This document shows, piece by piece, positions 10,764-24,000 of a stretch of DNA of 64,000 nt. A model generated the notes under the pieces. It was not told the DNA's origin. It searched no databases and was given only the letters and a program-made list of their open reading frames with translations. How positions within the stretch are numbered: position 1 is the first letter of the stretch; each line of letters starts with the position of its first letter. Source of the DNA: Trichoplax adhaerens (lineage: Eukaryota; Animalia; Placozoa); the NCBI RefSeq assembly GCF_000150275.1, contig NW_002060946.1, positions 3,057,454-3,121,453 on the forward strand. The letters run 5' to 3'. Position numbers and translations under genes: made by a program.

Positions 10764-13700
10764 TACGAAGATCAACAACATGTGGAAATACGAGCGTTTG
10801 CTGTTGATCCATCGATTACATCGTATAATAACCTCAAATTTCTCTTGATGGGCGCTTTCAAGCTGCAATGGTAAGTCTTCCTCTAGATCTATATCATGAC
10901 TATTCTACGCGTAGATCAACAATGGCGGCAGCGCCATTGGATTTAACCACATTGAGTCGAACAACGACAATAGCTCATTGCTAGTCTAGTCCGCCAAAAA
11001 GGGTTAAGCTATCGCGTCTTGACATTGAATAACTTGGAAGAAACTGGAGGGGAAAGAACAAATCACGATGATAAAAGTGGACCTAATCCTTCCGATGGAA
11101 AGGTTCCTTATTTACCTTATTTGCTTTCTTCCCATCCAAAAGCAATCGATGATAGTTAAGTGAAGCAAAATGGTGCCCGACATCCCTCAATTATTCTTCA
11201 CATGAGGGTAACATTTGCTTTCACATTTGTATCGGCTGAATAAACGTTACTATATCTAATTATTGATACACTATCCAAGAGACAATTAACCATTGGAAAA
11301 CATCATTGAATCCTGATGAAAAGGCCAGTTGACAACCTATTCTATCCGGTTACACACTTATTTGTTTTACATTAAATGGTAAGGAAAGAAAATAGACAAA
11401 AAAAAGAAAAAAATTCATGCGTATGTCTACGCATTGTGTCGTTGCATGAACTTGATGAATTGTATTGATAGCAGTCTTCTTTTCAAAATTGCCCATGGGT
11501 TAATCATGAGCCTTTCATTGATGATTTCATCGTGAGTTTGGCTATAGCTTGAGTTATTTTTAAATTGTAATGTCATCCATGGAAAATATTCCGACAGGCG
11601 CCAGACTGTCGATGAATAGTACAGTAGTATCAGAGCGAAGATGATCATACACTATGGCCTGCTGGTATTTTCGATTTGCCTTATGGTTTATCAAACTTAA
11701 ACAACATAGCCGAAATCAACAGTTTCATTTGAAAACAATAAAGCAGTCTTGTAATACCACAATTTAAATGATCAATTTCCATCATTTTGATGCGATTATA
11801 ATTTCCTTACTAGCCCACTATATAAAGTGCTAGGCTACTCTTGCGAATGAGCTGTACTGTATCGTATCTTCGTCTAGTAATTTCTTAACCTAAAGTCAAT
11901 TATTTGCTCTATTTCATTCTATAGCAATCTATCCGATTAGTATTACCATCCTAGAAGATGATTGCCGATACTTTATTCACGAAAGCTATACACACTATTA
12001 GATTAGCCGTTAACTTTTAAGAGATGAAATGGTGAATACAAGATTGCTTGCGATTATATTTTCATAATTAATCGGTACATCATCGCCTAGCAATCGTAAC
12101 AGAATACGGATTAAATTTATAATTATCCCTAGTTATTTCCAGTTAACTGTACGTCATCATCAAGCAATCGATTGGAACTATTTGCAATGCACTCCTTTCC
12201 ATGGTATAGCAATCTATTTCAGTTTTTACTCGCTAAGATGATTACCAATACTTTTTTATTCAATGAACTTTATACGATTAGGTAGCCGTTGACTTTGAAG
12301 AGATTAAATAGAGAATACAAGATTGCTGGCGATTATGTCTGCTAATTAATCGTCATATGATTAATCGCCTAGCAATCTATCGAAGTACGAATTAAAATTA
12401 TCATCCCTTGTTATTCCCCGTTAAGTATACGGTACTACATTTTATTAACTAAAGTTGATTGAACTACAGTATATACGATTAGATAGCCGTTATCCTTAAG
12501 AAATAAAATGAAATGGTAGCCGTTGACTTTGAAGAGATGAAATGAAGAATACAAGATTGCTCTCGATTATGTCTGCTAATTAAATCGTCATATAATCGCC
12601 TAGCAATCTATCGAAGTACGAATTAAAATTATCTGCCTTTGTTATTTCCCGTTAAGTATACGGTACTACATTTCATTAACGAAAGTTAATTGAACTACAG
12701 TATATACGATTAGATAGTCGTTATCCTTTTAAAATAAAATGGAGAATACAAGATTGTTGGCGACAATGTTTAATAGTTATGATTAATCGGTACATAATCG
12801 CCTAACAATCTATTCAAGGAAAAGATTAAAACCATCCTTTATAATTTCCAGTTACTGTACATGATTATGGAGCAGCGCTGCTCGAGTATTCCTTTCATGA
12901 TAGAATTTACTGTCGTTGCTATCTTCTCTTCCTTTTCTGAGATTTTCGATCAGAACTGTTTTTCATTCATAAGAAATTATTAAAATCTAAAATATCAAAC
13001 TTGCTGGCTATTATTTTCAGTTAACTGTACGAAATCATCTAGCAATCCATTGTTTCGATCTGATGGTTCAGGATTGAAACAGTTCTGAACCATTAAAAAA
13101 TATCTTTTACGTGTACTAACTATCATCTGTAAACTCATGCTTTCACTAATAATGCGATGCAGCCGTCAATTAGCTTAAATTGTTTAGGCAAGAATTCTAC
13201 CGTGTGTATATCAATCTCCTTTAGTAATAATCTTTTAATGAAAATCAAAAACAAATACAACTGTTTATTAAGTAATATATTTGCGATATCCAAAGCTGTT
13301 CAAATTGTTTATTGATTGCATAATCAGTGTGCCGTCATAGAACAGTACATGCATTGGCAATTGGTACAACTTCAACTTTAAATCATTATATAGCATTTAC
13401 CCCTGTTTTAACAACCTCTAATAGAATAAGATTGCTATTGCAATGGGACCTTATGTGGATATCCGATGCGAATTTTAACCCTTTGAATGAATCCATTTCT
13501 CTGAAGACAAAACATCTGTACCCTAGTCAAATTTTTTCAAGACGACTAGACGTGCATCTGCCAGAATATTTAATTTTTGACATTTCTAAGATTACAGTTG
13601 GATATTTTGGATTAACTATAGCATTCTACTTTAGCTACAGCTGTAAAATATTTTAAAAATGAATTAATTAATTAATTCATGGTATTGCTTTGTAATGTGC

Positions 13701-16311
13701 TATCATTTCTCTGTAGCAGAAAGGAGAGTATAAGTATAATCATTTTATTCATGGCAATCGTTAACATAGCCTTCCAATGAGCTATTATTTTACTATTAGC
13801 GTAGAAGAGGGCATAAATGCAATTACTTTATTCATGGCAATCTTTAACAGAGCATTTCGATTAACGATCGTGTTTAATACCTGAATTGATGATTGTATTA
13901 TCAACTCATTGACAGCAATGTGAATTTATTCGTCTATTCAATCTTTTAGCATCTTTGCTATCACTTACCTATCACGTAGTGCTACAAGTCTCGATAGTCA
14001 AATTTACCTGGCGCTTAATTCCGATTGGGACTTAGACGAGGCTTTCCAAAATGCCTCAGATCCGATATTACAGTTAAGAGTCACTAAAATAAAACTTGAA
14101 GGTAAGACTTATTGTCAATGCATTTCAACTTTTACTTCTATAGACTTATAGGCGTCCTAATTCTTTGTAGCCGGCCAGCTTATCATTAAAAATGAATAAT
14201 AGTGTAATCATACTCGAAGATTACGTAATAGTTATCAATTAGTGTTTGATGGTTAACGTAATTGATTACCGTACTAGAATGGCATGAATCAGTACTTGTA
14301 CCTACTCTAATCATACAAATTAACATGTCAACAAATTGTAAAGTTGCGATAAATGCATCACACATTATGATACCTAACTGACACTTGCTAGCGGAAATAG
14401 CATGTTCACTTGACATGGATCTAATCGCAAGTCGTAATCATTGTTACATATAACTGCAGCGCAAATGCTCGAGTTGAGTTGTTGCTTAACTATTTCACTA
14501 TATCTTAATACTTACTTACCTGCATGTATGGCACTTTGCTAGTAAATTATACAGATACATATACACAGTAATCTTTGATTAGTAAACAATTGATTCAGTG
14601 CTTAGCTACTGTAGTTTAATCAAGTTCCTACAGTATGCCACAAACTTCATAAATAAAATTGTATATAATATCAATACTGCAGATATAATTCTGTTAAAAT
14701 AAGTACATGCGAGATATAAAACATGTGTACGCCATATATCAATTTAGCTTCTGCTTCCCTGAAGAAATTTCATAACTTATAGTTCATAAAAATCTTAAAC
14801 AAGACATACTGATAACTTACTACCCATACCAATGTACACTGTACATCATATTAAGCCTGTGACTAATTATTTTCTCAATCTGATAGACGATGAAATTAAT
14901 CTTGAGGACGACATAGTACAACGTGGAATTCCATCAGTGAACAATAAAATCGTTACTAAAACAACTAAAACAAAAGCTATATCAAAACATATTTCAGTCC
15001 CATTTAAACATACCATTAAAAATCATATTAGTAAGAGATGGTCAAGGTTAACTTCAGCATTCAACGATTCTATTCGCCATTCTCCAGTTACTATGGCCGA
15101 ATGGCAGGCCTTTCTTGATGAGGAAGGACAGTTATTACGGTCACGAGCTGAAGACCTAAGAATGCGCGTATTCAATGGAGGAGTAGAGCCCAATGCTAGA
15201 CAAATTATATGGCCTCACTTATTAAGTGTATTTCCAGCTGAAATGACCGAAGATGATCGTTCGACTTATTTAGTAGTTAAGGGGAGAGAATATGCAAGGA
15301 TGAAGCTGAGGTGGCAAGGTTTACCTCCAGAGAAAACAGCGGATATCACGAGTATGATCATGAAAGATGTTTTGCGAACAGATCGCTCTTATCCTTACTT
15401 TGCTGTTGAGAGTAATCATCCTAACCTACTAAAATTATTTAACATCCTGGCAACATACGCATTTACCTATCCAGAAATTTCATATTGTCAGGTATGTTCT
15501 ACCACATTTGTACTACATGTTGTATGCATAAAATTTTTTCGAAAACATTGAACTATAACCAATTTTAATAATCAGTCGTTCGTATATCTATCAGGGTATG
15601 AGTGATCTCGCTGCCCCATTGTTAGTTACTATGACTGACGAAGCTACTACGTTTTGGTGTTTCAACGCGCTCATGTCAAGAATGAAAGTTAACTTCTCAT
15701 CAGATGGTTCTGCTATGATGACTAAATTTGAGCACCTATCGCAATTGCTGGACAGATGGGACCCAGAATTTTGCAAGTATCTTAAAGATTGTGGTGCTGG
15801 AGACATGTTTTTTTGCTATCGTTGGATATTATTAGATTTAAAACGTGAATTTTCGTTCAATGACGCCTTAAGATTATATGAAATTATTTGGTCTACACTT
15901 CCACATAATTCACTAGGAGGGCTGCCCAGGCCACTTTCGGCACCTAGGTTAAATCGATCATGTAGCAATCCGGGAACTCTAGATAGCAAATCTGATGCCA
16001 ATTGTAATGACAACAGTGAAGCACCAGCAACTTATTATAGCCACTATGGTTACGGTAGTCCTTTTGTCTTATTCTTGTGTCTGTCTATACTTTTACAACA
16101 TCGTGATCACATCATGCGTAACCAGATGGATCATAATACCATGGCGATGTACTTTGACCGGCTAGTGAGGAAGCACGACCTTAACAAAGTTGTAATTAAA
16201 GCTCGGTTGCTATTTTCTGACTTTTTACGAACTGAGCTCGCTCCTGAAAGTGATCCAGAAACAGCGACTCCTGGGGATTATGAAGGTGTTGACTCCAGTA
16301 TAAGCTGTTAA
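10764..16311 (+). CDS. TBC1D25: TBC1 domain family member 25 (Rab GAP, OATL1-like); first coding exon not located
   Basis: Exon 10764-10869 EIRAFAVDPSITSYNNLKFLLMGAF; exon ~13950-14101 FAITYL..YLALNSDWDLDEAFQNASDPILQLRV; exon ~14887-15491 with RVFNGGVEP and IMKDVLRTDR (Arg finger) ..YCQ; exon 15595-16311 GMSDL..FFCYRWILLDLKREF..YGYGSPFVLFLCLSILLQHRD. All TBC1D25-type motifs. Confidence 0.93.
11915..13095. repeat. Diverged tandem repeat (about 4 units of 200-280 bp), each with an internal ~60-nt inverted repeat, in a TBC1D25 intron
   Basis: GAATACAAGATTGYT..CGATTAT...ATCGCCTARCAATC recurs near 12035, 12313, 12547 and 12744, with shared flanks (TACGATTAGRTAGCCGTT). Confidence 0.85.
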
Positions 16312-17772
16312 TTAATTGAACTAGTAGTATTTAGGCTTTCGATAGTCAAAAATTATTTGAGTCTAGACACCGCTTCGGATGTTCTCTGGTGTTGAATAAG
16401 AACGCCTAGACATCATTTCGAAATTAAGCCAATTTATTTTTCATCTATGCAAAGTCTGGAAATGGGCTACATTTAAAAGGAACCAATTTCTGCATTTATC
16501 ACGCTATTTTTAAAACACATTTATCTGATTGCTAACTCGTATTTGCATCAAACCTATTTATTACAAGAATAAGTTCTTTCCAAACTCTTATTATTGAATG
16601 ATTGTAATAACAAAGTAAAATACCTAAACATTTTATAATATCAACGGTTTTATTTTCGCAAATTAATAGATTGCATTAGATATTTAAATTGTGAATTAGG
16701 CATTGTTTCATGCATAATTTTCGCAGCCAAAGCTGGCAAATGCTATTAAATTCATTATGTTGACATGTACATGCTAAAGAGTGTTATAATGATTAAATTG
16801 CTAAATTATTCAAAGTACTCAATATTTAAAGACTCAGATATGAATGTAATTTTATTACATTCTTTGTTTTGCTATGCTTTACAGTACTGTTTCGTACTCC
16901 AATCGCTATTTAAGATAAACGCTTTATATATTGCACATCTAACCAGTAATAGGATCTTATAATAATATCTACAAGCCTTACGGGTAATATACATTTTTCC
17001 GTGGTTGTAACGATATTCATTTTGTATTCGTTAGCTTTATAAATCTATCCGTACTAATACTATTTGTGAATGATAGGCAGTTTAAAAAAATAGAATAGAA
17101 AAGGATGTTGTAAAAACAATTCTTGCAGATGCAGCTTATAAATTATCTCTTAATAAAATCATTTACTCGTCTGTGATAAGCAAATAGCCAATGAAATTCT
17201 AACCTTTATTAAATGATTTAAAAGTATGATAAGAGAATTAGTTATACCTTTTAATGCGTAGCATATATATCACCGTATACACTGTATCCACATTAGAATT
17301 TTGAAAATTGAAATTTAAAATTTTAAGTTAAGAAAGGAAATAGTAATCTTAAGAGATAACGATAAATTGCTATTTTTATCTACCACATCAGTCTATTCGC
17401 TCCTGAATTACACTCTACCAAATTACTATCCATTCTAATACAAGCACAATATGGTCTTAGTACTGTAAATTATGACTAACTTTAACTTAGCTAACAATCT
17501 ATCAAGATATCTGGTTATCTTATAAATTAATAATTCTATCCACTACGTTGATTCTCTATCAACAAGCGATATATTTTGGTAAATACTATAATTTCTTTCA
17601 TTTTTACACCATGCCATTATGTTTATTCTGATCCCAATTCGGCTAATACTATATAGACACTACATATGGCTATGGTTTAATTGTAAATAAATCGCAATTA
17701 TGATTAAGCATTGTATAAAGATCCACATTAGACCTTCTGAAAGTTGCCGTAATTTTCCATATTTACTTAAAA

Positions 17773-19311
17773 TTACTTATCGAAAACTCTACTTTTTTCA
17801 ATAGCGGTATTTAACGATTGGTTTCTAGTCATTCCACACTGACCTAAATGCTAAAAAACATCATTCGATAATAATTACGTAAGAAATTTTTCCAAGTCTT
17901 TGTTAGATCGGTGTTAATCTAATCCGATGTAGTATCTATCATTTTTAATTAACTAATGTATAAACTGATAGTCCATGATCTACAAATATTGTTACACAGC
18001 TATTTGCAGAAAATATTCTACTGCGGTAATAAATTGACTGTGAATCATGGCAAGTTTTATTAAGCTAGAAAAATACCACTACATAGGTTTGTGAGATCAA
18101 TACCTGAGAAAATTTTTGACTTTTGGCATGATATTGAGTTGGCATAGTGTGGACAGTAGGAGGATGAGATCTGTAGTCAAGAAATACTTCCAATCAACTA
18201 TTCTGTAGACGATTTTTTGCATAGAATGCAATACTGACTATAGATTAATATTAAATTTCCTTACCCGACTTGGCTGGATGTAGTCCTATACATTGGATGT
18301 TGAGGCTTTGCGGTATATCCTTTAAACCATTCTATTTAAATTAGAGCTATATTTTAGGTGATACTAGTACACCACTGTTATGAAATGGATTTTATCCTGT
18401 TAATTAAAGTTAGTTTCTTTAAACAGTATATATATATATATATATATACATGTTTATATAATTGTGTAGTATTTATTTGCGTTAAAGAACTAGTGCTAGG
18501 AGAATATGTGACATTAAACTTTTACTTGCTATAATAATTTCTTGGAATAGATTAATTCCAGTAAATAAACTGTATGACTAAAACTTATAACATATTATCT
18601 CATAAACGTATTAAAGTTTTTGCCACTATTTAAAGAATGATTAAAAACTTGAATGGAATAAAAACGTAGTAACCGTTAAGATTTTTCTTGTGATGAACTC
18701 TATCGTAACTGATGGTGGAGCAAATTACACTAAACTACGTCAGATTTTTGTTTAATCGATTTCTATACTATGCGATTTCAATCAGAAAATTTGATCGCCT
18801 AATATTTGATTAAATTGAACATACCTCCACCATCAGAGGACTTATCTAATGATACTGTAGGTATGTCAGTAACTTCTCGCTGGCATGTAAATATGGGATT
18901 GCCCGAGGTAGAAACTGGGTTTTTTCTGTCGATTGCTGTTTAAAAAATAAAATTTAAAAATTACTAAGGATATTGCAGACTCATACCAGGGTTATTAAAA
19001 CGTTCAGGTAGCTTGCTTGTACGATAAAACTCGCTGGTCGTAGCACCTTCTTTAATTAATTGAGGCTTACCCTAGTTAAGAGAAAAAAATTTTCTTTAAT
19101 TTATTTAGAAAGATTTTTATTACAATAACTTAATTTTTATAAAGATTTCTATTTCAGCCGCATTGAAATTTAACAAGTAACATTAAATTGCGTAATATAA
19201 TTCTTGTTAGATATTAAAAATAATACTCTCTAGTCTCGACATTCTATGTAAATGTCTCGTATTTTATTCGGATTTTACCTGATTTATGTCTTCGCTCCCT
19301 TGATCAGCCAT
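17773..19311 (-). CDS. PIERCE1: Piercer of microtubule wall protein (PIERCE1/C9orf116 family, ciliary microtubule inner protein), 5 exons
   Basis: Spliced: MADQGSEDINQ|GKPQLIKEGATTSEFYRTSKLPERFNNP|EWFKGYTAKPQHPMYRTTSSQVG|SHPPTVHTMPTQYHAKSQKFSQ|HLGQCGMTRNQSLNTAIEKSRVFDK*. Matches PIERCE1 (TSDYYR..LPGRFNNPGWFRGY..YRTS..PTVHEMP..SNKFSQ..GMFRNNTLN). Not in the ORF track; PIERCE1 versus PIERCE2 is judged on the N-terminal match. Confidence 0.9.
18427..18448. repeat. (TA)n microsatellite (similar tracts near 40402-40419 and 56414-56428)
   Basis: Run of TA dinucleotides seen directly. Confidence 0.85.
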
Positions 19312-19796
19312 ATTTTACCGCGTCTTGTTTCAATAATATTACAGTACTTATTAATTAAAGCTTCTTAGATAAAATGATTTGATTTTAAATGATCTTGCTT
19401 AAAAACTCCTACACAATATCTTCCTGTTCGATAGAATGCAGCAAAGCTACAGACTATTTATCACAACTTTTCTTTGCCAATCTTGTCCGTTACGAAGGAA
19501 TAAAGTAATGGGCAGCAGCTTTTGTAAGCGTATGCTATCAATTTTTACGAACTCAATAGCTTACGATTACTATACATCTGCAATATATATAGAAATGATA
19601 TATGGTATCTATGCGACTTTATGTATCATAATGTACACCATATAGATACAATAATAAGTACAGTACGGTACTCCCCTGTCTATTGATTATATGATTTGGC
19701 CCAAATTCATGCAGTGGCGATATAATTTACAGTATAAACATTAAGGAAGACAAGATACACACTCCTATTTCAACGTAAGGATTATTAACAAGCAAA

Positions 19797-19856
19797 GTTA
19801 CCTTAGTAACAAGTTAATCGATAATAGGCAAAGCAAAGCATGGTGGCCATGGCAAC
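19797..19856. promoter_or_regulatory. Paired RFX X-boxes upstream of PIERCE1
   Basis: GTTACCTTAGTAAC (19797-19810) and GTGGCCATGGCAAC (19843-19856), about 490-545 bp 5' of the ATG; forkhead-type TAAACA at about 19735. Confidence 0.7.
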
Positions 19857-21037
19857 TGTATATATTGAACGTTAATGCGCAGTGGCACATTTGCTCATTC
19901 ATACTCGTACACAGTACCCGGTCAGCTATCCTATATTATTCGTATATTTCTATCAATTTCTGCTTCTTATGAAGATTGTATAACTTTAGTTCTATTAGTT
20001 GGGAAAGTGTATAGCAATAGTAATCTATTCTTCATTGTTGCTATTATTTATTTATTCATTTAATTAATTATTGTTTTATTCGAGGAATAATCAAAAATTA
20101 TTTATCCGTCAGCAAACATAGTAAATTGTTGTATTACGGTAGATTTACGTTATAAATGATTAACTATATAATCTATCGCTGTATAATGTAACAATATGCG
20201 TCTACTTATGACGAAGTATCGAGTAATGGCTTGTATTTAAGTCGCTTTAATTAAATATTGTCTGATTATTTCAAGTCATATATTGCTTTACGTTTGTAAC
20301 GATAAGGTGCAGTGGCAAATAACTCCAGCTTTTTACATCAGATTAAACCACTTTCATGATACTTTGCTATCTATATGTTGGTATTCTATCAAACACATTT
20401 GCATTAGGCTATTCAGACTAGAAATTAGTAAAATAATCCAACTAAAGCGTTGATAAGTAATAAACCTAGAATAATTTAAAAGAAAAACAAACCTGCTCTT
20501 CTCTGAATTAGATTGTCGGTAATTACATCATTTATTGATAAGCTTAACATAACGTAATAGTAATTTCGAGACACGAATGTAAAATATTAAATTTCACAAG
20601 TTATCTAGATAACAATCATTAGCTTATTTAAGTTGACTTCTAATAAACTCGATTCAAACAATAAAAGACAGACGAGTAATTTTATAGCGCCTCTGAATAT
20701 CTTTCTGTTGTGATTGTTATTGACTCTTGATGCGTACATAATATTTAGTGATAATTTAAGAACTATCATTAACTGATAATTACCAATTTAATATTAAATG
20801 AAACTACCGTACATCATGCTAGGATGATTTACATTAGTATACAGTTATAGAACAGGTTGCTTTTTGCTGCTTACATATTTATTTATTATCTAAATTCTAT
20901 TATTTAACGCATTCCTTAAAGATCGTACTATTGAATCATTCTGTTGTTTAAAGAAGTAAAACAGCAATTTTTTTCACAAAAAGGACGAGTATATTCTTCT
21001 CCTGACATAAAAACCCTTTATCCAGATTATAATTATT

Positions 21038-24000
21038 TTATATCATCTTATTTGTATCTTTGTTTCCTTTCTCCAGTAATACCGTATCGAAGGCATCGTC
21101 ATGATGGCCCTGATTATCCTACAAAAAGATCAGAGATGTGATACCCGCTGAGTGTCTATAGATTTATTTATCTTAATTTTGATCTTAACCAGTTAAGTAT
21201 GAACAATTCTTACAAAATTTGGCCAAAAAAATAAAATTATCGCAATAATTATTCTTAGATGTAGTACATATTACCGCATCATTATAATTAATTAATTGTA
21301 AAATGGACAAACCTTGAATGTTTGCTGATTTTTCTTGCCTCTTCCATTATTGAAGATTATTTCCTATTGCACGTATAGTATAACAACACATATAAATGAT
21401 TAGAGCTAACTATGTATTGAATGCTAGCAATTAATAAATTATGCTCATAGTTTCTATCGTTGAAATTTTTATTTTACAATAACAAATTGCATGAACCTAA
21501 GTTAATCGTTATATTTACGGTACCTCTTCGTCATCATCGTCGTCAATAACACACGTTTCTGGTGCAGGCATCTCGCTATCCTTGGTATTTAAGTTCTGTT
21601 GTAATTTAACATATCTGTGGGAAAGCCTACAAAAGAGTTAAGAGAAAGACAACAATTTAAATAAAACCCTATGTTAACGAAGCAAACTAATAGCTCATCT
21701 TGACGCTCACTTCCTATTCCTTAGATATAATCCAACTAAAGCAAGTATAAGGACCACAGCTGCGACAGCGACCAGAATGATAATAATCTACGGACGAGGT
21801 TTAGATAAATTTATGGTTAATAGAGATATTTATAACTCATATTAAGTCAATTAAGCTTATACGCTGTGATACACAAAAAAGAACCTTTGCGATATGCAAC
21901 TGCAGCGTATCGAACTGTATTTACGTACTTTAAAGTCCTGAACAGCAGCTCCTATCGTTCTTTCCATAATAGTGCATTTCTGTTCTTTTTTTGGTGGCAG
22001 GCTGACGCCATCTCGGCATATCCTACGTGATAAATGCGGTTGATGTATATGTTACATATAAGATTTTAAACAATAAAAGAGACTCCAACCATAAAACTTT
22101 AAATGTTACTTCTTTTACTGCAGTGAATATGAAGAAAACATAATATGGCTTTATACTAACTTTGGCTGGTGCTTCCATACATAATGTGTAGTTTTTGTAC
22201 TATTCTGTAAAGGTAAAGGCAAAAATGCGATAGCATTAAAATACAGAAATAACATTGAATAGATATTATATGGTATGTATATCATTTAAAAAATTTGTAA
22301 ACAATGATACCAACGACTATAAAACTATTTTTAAGTCACTATTGTATGAAGGATTATTAGATAGAAGTCTAGATACAATAAAAATTCTGATATAGGCCAG
22401 CGATTAACATGTGGGATAGTTGCTACTTATAAGTAACTAAAACCGGTGCATAAAAAATTTTGAATTTCTAGATAGCAGTCCAAATACAATATCAATCCAG
22501 TAATGTCATGATTAACATACGTATGAAATTCTTACCTGGCATTTAGAATGAATTATAGTGTAATCCTTCTTCTGACAAATTGGGCAGGCATACTTAGTTC
22601 TCCATAAAAAGTTGAAGCTGCATTAAAATGCAATCATAATATCAATAAATCTATTACTTGACAATATTTAAGAAAAATCGATTGCAAGACATGAGAGCAA
22701 TTAGATTAGGACGCACTTGCATCCATCGCATGTTCCGCTAGGACATTTTGTCGGTAGTTTAATAATTCCCTATTGATATTTAAATTGTGTTAAAAGGCAT
22801 TACAATAATCGTAATAGACCCTAAGCTTCCAATTTATCAGCTTAATTAGATCTTAATTATAAACGCATAAGAATACAATTTTAACTTACTGTGGAGCCTG
22901 CTGTGGCATCACATCGTAATGCAATCACAACTGATCGTCCTCTAGGGCATGCCCGAGTGGGACTAATTTGGATTGAAATAGGAAGATAGAACAAAATTAA
23001 TTTTTCGCCTATTTCACTCTATAATTAATAAGATTGAAGTAGTATTGAACAGTTCTTTTCAGTAACTGAATATTTGTGTTACTTACGCATTATTCTTGAA
23101 GAAATAATGAATGTCCTTTACTCCACTAGATTTATCAGCTATGAAAATAACCGGGTTAAAATTAATTAAAGAGGGCATAAAATTGATACGGTACTGGTGT
23201 AGATAAGGCTCTATATCCAACCTTTTTCTTCAAAACCTCGGAAACTAACGTTACCCAATATATTTTTAGAAGAAATGCCCGCTAAATAATTTCCCAATCT
23301 AACAAGAAGTACGAATTAGAATATTTACATTTTTATGCAAGCTAACTGTTGTAAATTTTCGTTACAAGTAACTTATAGTCGAATCAAACGCAAATAAAGC
23401 GAGTAGATAGTCTTTTAACAGCAAAATCGACCATTAAGAGTTTAGTTTTATCTGATACATTCCAAGCATAATTAATAACGAATGCTAAGTAAATAACGGC
23501 AGCATTTCGTAAGTTGATAAATGCTACAAATACTCTACCAGATGCGATTTGCACTGGTGCTACAGCTAGAACAGAAGATTTTCAAGAAACGAATCTTACG
23601 AGATAGGTTGAGCAGCAATTTTCTTGTTGTCCTTCCAGTGTATAATGGTGCTGCGGCAAATGGAAGCGTCTAAGTAAGTTTCGCGATCCTACGTTAAAAT
23701 TACGAAAAAATACAATCAGGTGGATGCTTTAGTTCACCATAGCTTAGTAAATTTAGTATAAAAGAATGAATAGCCTTCAATACCCTATGAGAGCCCCTTA
23801 TTGCCGCAGAAAAATTGGTGCGACAGGTTGATGTCTTTCCGCATAAGGAGACATTGAAAACATGGTGATAGTTTGTTCCTTCGGCGGTAAATGAAGGACC
23901 GGTTTCAACTAATTGTGGGCTACAACGACAAATGCAGGATATTATATTGCAGCACAAACGTGTATATTGATCATTAAAGATTGTCAGAAGCATTTTCTTG

